DNA of 64,000 bases from Octopus sinensis (Eukaryota), in contig NC_043006.1 in assembly GCF_006345805.1 (NCBI RefSeq), positions 9,052,001 through 9,116,000 on the forward strand, written 5' to 3'. The position numbers were made by a program, and so were the translations under genes. Below the pieces are notes generated by a model. The model had not been told where the DNA came from, ran no database searches, and saw only the letters and a program-made list of their open reading frames with translations. This document shows, one piece after another, positions 54,310 through 64,000 of the stretch (its first letter is position 1; each line of letters begins with the position of its first letter).

Positions 54310-54708
54310 GTGTGGTGTGTGTGTGTGTGTACGTGTGTGTGTGTGTGTGTGTGTTGTTACAAAGATATATATTATATATATATTATATAATATAATATAT
54401 ATATATATATAATAGATTTGCTGGACTAAACTCTTGAAGCTGGTGTTAAGGTATAGCCGATGTAACTGGCCAAGAAGCGTTGGAGTTGAACGCGTGGATT
54501 AACCACCCATTCTTAAAGAAAATAGATCGTACTGCCAATGGAAGATGATAAACTAACGTAACTGTGCCTCATTAATGTATTTTTATAATCATGACAAATA
54601 TCTATTTTACTGATATAGGTTTTTAGGATATTTTAGAGTACACTCCAGTACATTACATTTGAATTACTTAGCAAAATAAGATAAGACCGTCATAAGCAAT
54701 ATAACACT
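54050..54708. repeat. Long inverted repeat, ~180-bp arms around a microsatellite-rich spacer
   Basis: 54050-54230 is the reverse complement of 54533-54708 apart from a handful of substitutions and small indels. Confidence 0.92.
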
Positions 54709-55044
54709 AAAATTTTAGCTATGTTACAGAAACTTAAAAATTCGAACCGAGATTAACAGCACGTATTTTGAGTGCGAAGTCCATTCTATTTTTTCTTTTA
54801 CTTGTGGCATAACTTTCATGAAAAGTTAATCTGCTGTAAATTTAGCCATAAAATTCAAATGTGGCAAAAAATTTTCTTTTGATAGCACTAGCGAGGAATA
54901 AATAGACTTCAGCGACGGCTGGATGTTGTTTTGATAAAGAAACAGAAAATAAGAGAACTAAAGGAGGGTATATTTGTATTCTCAGAAAAACCAATCAAAA
55001 CAATATTTCGATTTTTTTTTTAAATACTGTATCGTACCACGTAT

Positions 55045-55200
55045 AACTGGCGGTTCGTCGGTTACGACTACGAGAATTGCAGTTCATTCAATCAAAGGAA
55101 CATAAATCTCGTGAAATTAACGTGCAATTGGCTGAGTACTCCACAGACACGCGAATCTTTAAAGTAGTTCTTAGGGAGATTCAGTATGACATAGATTGCC
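55045..55200 (-). mobile_element. SINE family B 3' fragment (diverged)
   Basis: CTCGTGAAATTAACGTGCAA..GGCTGAGTACTCCACAGACACG..GTAGTTCT..GATTCAG. Confidence 0.7.
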
Positions 55201-55489
55201 ACACAATATGCACACGCACGCAGACACACTCATACATATGTGAGTGCCTGTGCGTGTGTCTCTGTGATTGTGCGTAATTCGTTTAGTATTGTATTAGACT
55301 TTCCAGCGGCTGATTACATTACCGTAGGAATTTAGCTAACATACCGCGTAAATGCTTGACAATATTAACCCCACTTACTTAAAAGTAAATTAGAAGTTCA
55401 CAACGTCAGATTTCTAGAAAGGGTATCTTTTCTGTTGATATCTATCTATCTATCTAGCTATCTATCTATCTATCTATCTCTCTCACTAT

Positions 55490-55523
<34 letters not shown>

Positions 55524-55757
55524 GACAGAGAGAGAGAGGAGAGAGAGAGAGAAAGGGAGAGAGGAGGGAAATAGTAAGACAGATATAGATGGTTATATGA
55601 AGTTGAAGGTAATATAGTGTTTTCTGGTTTGTGTCGCTACAATGAACGTTACTTAAACGCATCATTCCTATACAGCTTTTCAACGACAGAACTGGGAATT
55701 TGAAATTCGAACATTAGTGTTGCACTTAGTAAGTTATTGATATCAAGAATATTAATA

Positions 55758-56173
55758 TGCGCTGGAGTGGCTGTGTGGTAAGTAGCTTGCTAAACAACCA
55801 CATGGTTCCGGGTTCAGTCCCACTGCGTGGCATCTTGGGCAGCTGTCTTCTGCTATAGCCCCGGGCCGAACAATGCCTTGTGAGTGGATTTGGTAGACGG
55901 AAACTTAAAGAAGCATGTCGTATATATGTATATATATATATATATGTATGTGTGTTTGTGTGTCTGTGTTTCCCCCCTAGCATTGCTTGACAACCGATGC
56001 TGGTGTGTTTACGTCCCCGTCACTTAGCGGTTCGGCAAAAGAGACTGATAGAATAAGTACTGGGCTTACAAAAAGAATAAGTCCCGGGGTCGAGTTGCTC
56101 GACTAAAGGCGGTGCTCCAACATGGCCGCAGTCAAATGACTGAAACAAGTAAAAGAGTAAAAGAGTAAAGAGT
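55758..56173 (+). mobile_element. SINE family A, full length
   Basis: Same structure as other copies. Confidence 0.92.
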
Positions 56174-57473
56174 ATGTGGAATCCACTCTCCACCAAATAA
56201 CGTCGTTTAATGCGTCTATTTTTGCAATGATACTGAGACAAGAATCTTCTTATTTCAACAAAAACATATATTGTGTCGTACTAAATGTTCACACAATTAA
56301 AAGAGATGAGCCTGTGAAATTTACAAATACAAATTACTTTTACAACCGAGGCATACTTCCTCAAAATCAATGTTTTGACCATTGTTTCATGTATATACTG
56401 AAGCACGATTTACGGTTAAAAAGGTTTATAATGTAGTGTATGATATTGACAAGCTTTAACAAAGATGAAGTGTATCTCAAGGGCCATTGCAGCGACGATG
56501 GTTACCCTGTACCCGCATATAGAGTGTTTTTACTCAAGAGATCTATGACGAGATGATATCTCAGACAGGACAACAGGTCCATTGCCCTGTAACGCTGTGG
56601 ATACATATAGTATAATACACAGATGATAATTTTACTCAATCGCAGCGCTGGATTGGTTGGACCGTACCACCGAAGACGCTGAGAAAAATAATCATGTGAA
56701 AGGAATGATTGCACATGCAATAGGGGCTAGGGGTATAAGCCACCTTGAAAAAACGACATGGCAAACTTTAACAAGAAACTATACATGAAGGTTCAAGTTG
56801 TTAATTAAATTAATATCTAATTTCTCAACCTAATTTTAAATTTAAATTAATACGTTCTCTAACCGGCAAAGACCACTGCTGTAACGTATTATCTGCAGCA
56901 TCAGTTTTTCCGGTAATATAGCGCGTCAAAACGAGGACATTTGAAATAGCAACCACGAGTGTAATGGGTAGGACTGTTTTACAAGTTTGACTTTGTGCGG
57001 ACGTCCTAGTATGCAGTCGTACAAATTATATTCATCTGGACGGTCGCACCGATGATCTACGGACATTTATGTAAGTAAAATTACGTAATATGTTAATAGT
57101 GAAACATGTATGCGAATAATCCATATTTTCACTGCTTTTTTTTTTGTCTTGCTCGATTAAGTTTTGGTTGTTTTGCTAAAGTTTTCTTGAGAACATTTCT
57201 TAGTGGTAAGAACATAGCGGATCTATTTCTAGCATAAGGGTGTCCACATAGTGGCTTCCCTCTAATATGTATATTATACAATATTACTGAACCTTCAGAT
57301 TTTATATGCTAGACCAGTGGTGTATAATCTAATTTGTCACCCTCATTTTAAATTTATATATATATCTATATCTATATATATCTATCTATATAGATATATA
57401 TATATATTATATATTATATATATATATATATATATAATATATGTATATGTGTGTGTGGGTGTGTGTGTGTGGT

Positions 57474-57845
57474 GGAGGCGCAATGGCCCAGTGGTAGGGC
57501 AGCGGACTCGCGGTCATAGGATCGGTGGTTTCGATTCCAGACCGGGCGCTGTGTGAGTGTTTATTGAGCGAAAACACGTAAAGCTCCACGAGGCTCCGGC
57601 AGGGGATGGTGGTGATCCCTGCTGTACTCTTTCACCACAACTTTCTCTTACTTCCTGTTTCTGTTGTACCTTGTATTCAAAGGGCCGGCCTGTCATCTCT
57701 GTGTCACGCTGAATATCCGAGAACTATGTTATGGGTACACGTGTCTGTGGAGTGCTCAGCCACTTACACGTTAATTTCACGAGCAGGCTGTTCCGTTGAT
57801 TCGGATCAACCGGAACCCTCATCGTCGTAACCGACGGAGTGCTTC
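57474..57845 (+). mobile_element. SINE family B, full length
   Basis: Collinear with 36498-36885. Confidence 0.9.
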
Positions 57846-57849
57846 TCTC

Positions 57850-57896
57850 TCTCTCTATATATATATATTATGCATTATTATATGCATATATATATA

Positions 57897-57985
<89 letters not shown>

Positions 57986-58300
57986 GTGTGTATATGAATA
58001 TATATATGCATATATATATATATATGTGTGTGTATATGCATAAAGATGTGTACGTGTGTGTCTGTGGTGGTAAATGGGCAATGCAGTCACGGGATTGATA
58101 AGCATCGACAATGGCTTAAAATCTTTGTAGTTCTTGCGAGTCGCTCCAGTGAAGGTAGGTGACACGCTGCGATGTGCATTTTGTGTTTTTTTCCCACAAA
58201 AGTTTCAAAAGATTTTATCTCACAAATTCCACCCTTTCTTACGTACTAACTTTAGCAGTGTGTAATCACTTAGTGCCTTACACAGATAGTTATATGTATA

Positions 58301-58332
<32 letters not shown>

Positions 58333-58338
58333 AATCAC

Positions 58339-58418
<80 letters not shown>

Positions 58419-58645
58419 TCATATATATACTTTCATATATATGCAATATATTATATATATATAATATGTATATATTATTAGAAGAAATGAGGTAATCAGA
58501 GATGGGGATGGTTTATATATTAATATATATATATATATATATTATATCTAATATATTTACATATATATGACTGCATATATATATATATATATATGTATAT
58601 GTGAATTTGGATATTATAGATATATATATATATATATTATTTATA

Positions 58646-58676
<31 letters not shown>

Positions 58677-58769
58677 GGTGTGTGTAGTGTGTGTATATAT
58701 ATAAATATATTATATATATATATATGTATATATATTAGAAGAAATGAGGTAATCAGAGATGGATTGGTT

Positions 58770-58801
<32 letters not shown>

Positions 58802-58858
58802 CTAAATAGTTACATATATATGAATGCATATATATATATATTATATGTAATGTGAATT

Positions 58859-58903
<45 letters not shown>

Positions 58904-59516
58904 TACATATATATATATGTGTGTGTGTATGTGTGTATATATATAAATATATTATATATTGAGATAGATAGATACAAGATAGATACATAAATATATATAC
59001 ACACACAACACACACAAACACCACATATATATATATATAGATATATATTATATATATATATATATATAATATATATATATAGATAATATATATATATATA
59101 TATAATATATTATATAATACTTACATACTTACAGAATCTAATCATGTTACTTTCATAATCAAGTTGCTCTCCTTGTAATGGGATATGTATATGCATTGAG
59201 ACATTTATCATTTTGTCATTAGTGCTGGCATCGAGGAAATATTTATGATTTATATCTCAATGGGACAGAAATACGTCAGACGAAATATGTGTATATATAT
59301 TACAAGTAAAATATGTGCGTGTGTGTTTGCCTGTTTCGGCGTGCGTGCTTGTATTTGTGTGTGATTCACATGTACAGATATGTTTATGTATATATGTGTG
59401 TATCTTCCTATTTAACAATCTATATCTCCTTCTATTTTTCAGCTATCTCTCTCCATCCATCTACCTTCTATCTATCTGTCCGTCTATCAATCTATCTGTC
59501 TGTCTGTCTGTCTATC

Positions 59517-59575
<59 letters not shown>

Positions 59576-59653
59576 GTCTGTCTGTCCCCTGGTCTGTCTG
59601 TCTGTCTATGTAACCATATATGGCTCTTACTGCACTCTCTCTCCCTCTCTTTC

Positions 59654-59696
<43 letters not shown>

Positions 59697-59709
59697 GTTT
59701 ATATATATA

Positions 59710-59749
<40 letters not shown>

Positions 59750-59933
59750 TATGTATATATATACAGATATATAAATAAACATATATAACTATATAATATA
59801 TATATGCATGCGTGTGTGGAATTATTAAATATATGTGTGTTAATTGTATATAAGGATATACGCATATATATATACATATATATATATATAAAACAATATA
59901 TATATATATATATATATAATATATATATATATA

Positions 59934-59976
<43 letters not shown>

Positions 59977-60000
59977 CATCACTTGTATGTATAAATAAAT
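57850..60000. repeat. Large (TA)n/(TG)n/(TCTA)n field containing an imperfect ~260-bp tandem duplication
   Basis: ATTAGAAGAAATGAGGTAATCAGAGATGG occurs at ~58476 and ~58733 with collinear downstream blocks. Confidence 0.85.
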
Positions 60001-61047
60001 GATCAAATTGGAATTTTGAGAAACTAAACGAAGACTAAAGAATATATTAGGATAAAAATATAAAATCCCGAAATTTTTTGAAGGCTATCACAAGTTTTAT
60101 TTTCGGGTTTTTATAAAATTTACAGTTGTGTTGATAACGAAGACTAAAAGTAAAACACTCACACAGGCACACACATATGTATAATGGGTGTTTGGAAAAT
60201 AATCCTCTATTTTAAAGTACTTATAAATTATTTATAAATTGTAATTTTTGCCAAAAAATGGATATGAGGGGCAAGCTGTTAGTATGAAGAGTTATTTAAA
60301 ATTCGATATGGCCTCCAGAGATTCCCACAAGCCCCTTGTGTCACTCGGAATTGTGTCAGCTGGTTTCTCCAGGAACCCTGGTGAAATAGAAGACATATAA
60401 CGGCTCGTATTCGCCCTTCAAGTTCTTCCAAATTCTTTGGTTTTATACAATAGACTTGTTCCTTGAAGCAACCCCAAAAAAAAGTAAGATAGTGTTAAGT
60501 CGGGTCTCTTGGCTGGAAAATTCCTGTTGACCATGACGACCCAATCATCTCCCGGGGAAGTGGACATTCAACTATTTACCAGAGACTAGAGCAATAAGAT
60601 TACAGATTAAATTCTCATACTACAAGGAAAAAATACAAATGAAATTGAGAAAAGACTTAGAATTAATAGATAATTTATAAGTGTTTTAGAACAGGGAGTT
60701 ACTTTTTAGTCACCCTTCATTTATTCATTTACTTACGAAGTTTCTGCAAAAAGGAAAGTAAAAAGATAAAGAGATTCATTGTAATAATTGGTAAACCCAA
60801 GCGTAAAACCGACCATCAAAGAGAAAGTTTATGAAGTCATGGCAAAATAAAGAAGTGTCATACTTGCAACGACTAACTGAAGATATACGATGTGAGCAAA
60901 TTATAAAATCGAAAATATTTCATGTAAATAGAAAGAAGTATTCTTCTTAATCAAATTATTTTATTTTCATATTTCATACAAATGATTTGCTTCCTCTGTT
61001 AGAGTGATAATTTGAGGGAAAATAATGAAGTACAATGTAGAATGAAT

Positions 61048-61104
61048 CTGATGACGGAACTTGATAGATATATTAGTGTATATCTGCCGGAAACACTGGC
61101 CTAC
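61048..61104 (+). ncRNA. Possible degenerate hammerhead core
   Basis: CTGATGA-CGG..GATATA TTAGTG TATATC..CCG-GAAA-CACTGGCC; stem II closes but stem I and the cleavage site do not. Confidence 0.25.
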
Positions 61105-61305
61105 GCTTAGAGAAGAATTATATGTTTACATATCCGCTTGTAATATATAAATACAAACACACCTAGTTAATAACACAGATGTGCTCACACACACGCGCAC
61201 ACATATGCATGCACGCTCACGTAACCACACACATACACAAACTCAAACACACATGTATATAATTGTGTCTGTGCGTCAGTAAATTGTATGTATGTATATA
61301 TTATC

Positions 61306-61747
61306 TTTTACTCTTTTACTCTTTTACTTGTTTCAGTCATTTGACTGTGGCCATGCTGAAGCACCGCCTTTAGTCGAGCAAATTTAGCCCAGGACCTATT
61401 CTTTGTAAGCCTAGTACTTATTCAATCGGTATATTTTGCCGAACCGCTAATTTACCATGACGTAAACACACCAGCATCGGTTGTCCAGCGATACTGGGGG
61501 GACAAACACAGACACACAAACATACACACATACACACATACACAAACACACACTCACACACACACACACATATATATATATGCATATATATACATATATA
61601 CGACGGGCTTCTTTCAGTTTCCACCTACCAAATCCACTCACAAGGATTTGGTCGACCCGATGCTATAGTATAAGATACTTGCCAAAGGTGCCACGCAGTG
61701 GGACTGAACTCGGAATCATATGGATGGTAAAAAGCCACTTACCACGC
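61306..61747 (-). mobile_element. SINE family A (more diverged)
   Basis: Same structure as other copies. Confidence 0.88.
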
Positions 61748-61781
61748 ATACATTATGTATGAATATGATATGTGTAAGTAT

Positions 61782-62030
61782 GGAGGCGCGGTGCATAAGT
61801 GGTTAGTGTATTCGCCACATATGTTCGATACCTGGCGATGCATTGTCCTTCAGCAAGACATATTTTGTTCCAGTTCATTCAGCTGGCAAAAATTACTAGT
61901 ACCTGTAATTTAAATGGTCAGTTTTGTCTCATTCTGCGCCATACTGATTCTCCCCGAGAAATGTGAAGGGTACCCGTGTCTGCTGAGTGCTCATCAAATT
62001 TAAAGTGGTTTTCCTTTGATCGGATCAACT
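61782..62030 (+). mobile_element. Old degenerate tRNA-headed SINE related to family B
   Basis: GGAGGCGCGGTGCATAAGTGGTTAG head; CCCCGAGAA..AAGGGTACCCGTGTCTG..GAGTGCTCA body remnant. Confidence 0.6.
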
Positions 62031-62089
62031 GACGGAGTAATTTTTGATGTGCGAATTCTTTTCAATTTCTTTTTCTTACTACGGTACTC

Positions 62090-62432
62090 TGTCCGTTACG
62101 ACAACGAGGGATCAAATTGATCTAATGAACGGAATAGCCTGCTCGTGAAATTATCGTGCAAGAGGCTGAGTACTCCACAGCACGTGTACCCTCACCGTAG
62201 TTCTCGGGGTGATTCAGCGTGACACAGAGCGTGACACTGCTGGCCCCCTTTGAAATACAGATAAAACAGAAACAAAGAGTGAGAGATAGTTGTGTTGAAG
62301 GAGTACAGCACGGTTCGCCAACACCCCCTGCCGCAGCCTTGTGAAGCTCGATGTGTTTTCGATCAATGAACATTCACAACGCCCGGTGTGGGAATCGAAA
62401 CCGCGATCCTGTAACTGGGCCATTGCGCCTCC
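62090..62432 (-). mobile_element. SINE family B (diverged, near full length)
   Basis: Reverse complement starts GGAGGCGCAATGGCCCAG and carries the same body. Confidence 0.85.
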
Positions 62433-63379
62433 AGTGTGCGAATGTGTATAATAATAATGTATACACGAGTGCATGAAAATTCCACTTTCTCTCATTATAT
62501 AATGCAATGAAAGCATGTTGTTTACCTCATGGATTTCAATAGTAAATTAACTTTTATGTTATAGTTCTCTCTGCTAAACTACATTTACAAATACGGAATG
62601 TTGTTTCTTATAAAACTCCTATAGGCAGAACAAATAAGCACCAATGTATGTATGTTTGCTTCTGTACATGTATCTATGTTTGCGTGCGTGCTTGTGTGTG
62701 TGCATGTGTGTGCTGTATGCAGGAGAATTTGTTATTGGAGATACACCTGTATTTGAAAAAACACCTGTGTTTGAAAAACCTGTAGTTGTTTTCAAATGGA
62801 TTTATTCCCATTCAAAGCAAACCAGTTTCAAATTGTTTTTTTGTTTATCAAATATATAAGACAATGAGTGTTTAACAGAGTTTAAACTTACGGAGTCGAA
62901 ATCTAACAAACATGTTTAAATGATGAAATGTTCACATAAAATTCAGTAACGGACACAACATCAAATTAGATGTTCAGCAAAGAATATAAGGTTACATTAC
63001 ATTAAATTCGGCGAGATTGTGTTTATTTTTTTATTGAATAAATGGACAAGAGTGAGAAAACAAATGTTTTTAACAGTTTCTGGCGTCTTGCATGTAGTGT
63101 ATTTTTATCCATCGCGTACTGATCTATCTACTTTTAACTGAGGTCTTGCGGACTCGAAACAAAGGCGACTGAAGAAGGGGAATTTTCCTTGTTTTGTATG
63201 TCCTTGTTTAAGAAAAATGTCCATTTCCTTGGTTTTGTGTTTGTGTTTTCGTTTCTCATTGTGTTCGACGTTTTGTTTGGTGTCCTGTACACATATATGC
63301 ATGTATATATACATGTAGAGGTAGGTACGTACATATATGTATGTATATATGCATATGTTTTATTTATTTATTAGTTCCT

Positions 63380-63451
<72 letters not shown>

Positions 63452-64000
63452 CCCGAAGAACTGTACACACACTGTAGATAATTGTAAATTAGGCGCTTAT
63501 TAAAATACATTTCGTTTTCAATATTTATTAGAATTTACAGATATTTTTTATTGTTTTGTCAACAAATATTTTCAAACTGACGTCTGTTCCGGTCCAGGCA
63601 ATGCTGACAGCGCGAAGGAATGAAATCGCAAACATCATGAAACAATTCGTTTGGTATTTGAGTGCATTCTCTTTCAATGGCTGCTCTCAAATCAGCGACT
63701 GCTGCAGGTTTCATAGCGTAGTCTTTGTCTTTTAGATATCCCCATAAAAAAGTCAAGTGGTGTGAGGTCTGTTGAACGTGTTAGGTATTCAACGAAACTC
63801 CTTCGTCCAATCCTCTTGTTTAGCAAGATTATATCATGGAAGGATCTAACATCGCAGTGGCTGTGTAGAGGTGTCCCATCTTGATGAAAACAAAACTCCT
63901 CATCTTCAAAGTCTTCTCCAATGCTTGGCATGACAGACTGTTGCAGCAAGTTCAACAAAATAGGACCAGTCACAGTAGCGTAAAAAAATAGTAACTTATA
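63452..64000 (-). mobile_element. Tc1/mariner relic with DD41D spacing (rosa/Visitor-like), continuing beyond the window end
   Basis: [26 protein letters not shown] then (frameshift) [28 protein letters not shown]; 41 residues counted between the QD and PLD aspartates. Confidence 0.85.

Noticed and set aside
57008-57075. Short hydrophobic frame YAVVQIIFIWTVAPMIYGHL ending at GTAAGT (GPCR TM4-like look)
   Set aside because: Weak acceptor, very short, and no other receptor exons found
58476-58960. ~260-bp tandem duplication as a biological satellite
   Set aside because: Copies differ mainly by scattered single-base indels in TA context, a pattern typical of long-read consensus error; needs read support
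60130-60720. Possible Penelope GIY-YIG C-terminus and short inverted ends
   Set aside because: Translation similarity too weak and no hammerhead core found
63135-63200. Hammerhead-like parts (GACTCGAAAC, CTGAAGA)
   Set aside because: Order and stems do not assemble into a type I, II or III fold

Overview
AT-rich, microsatellite-saturated eukaryotic DNA. The SINE families resemble those I recall from coleoid cephalopods, so the source is most likely Octopus (inference, not a database hit). No intact protein-coding gene, true tRNA/rRNA or CRISPR array could be supported, and most listed ORFs are translations of (TA)n/(TG)n/(AAT)n repeats. The window reads as intergenic or intronic sequence built from layered mobile-element relics: three tRNA-headed SINE families (about 20 full or partial copies), four Dong/R4-like RLE non-LTR fragments (all + strand), one decayed Ty3/Gypsy element (gag Zn-knuckle, protease, RT start, integrase, probable 3' LTR; - strand), three Tc1/mariner relics (one with DD41D spacing), MITEs, a Helentron-like element and several fold-back structures. 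The most interesting signal is a set of minimal type I hammerhead ribozyme motifs in TA-microsatellite-embedded elements. Two well-formed motifs (21066-21103, 53971-54016, both - strand) from otherwise unrelated sequences share an unusual A-A apposition at the base of stem II. A degenerate tandem pair about 281 bp apart lies just upstream of the Gypsy gag, and a composite inverted duplication lies beside one of the ribozymes.
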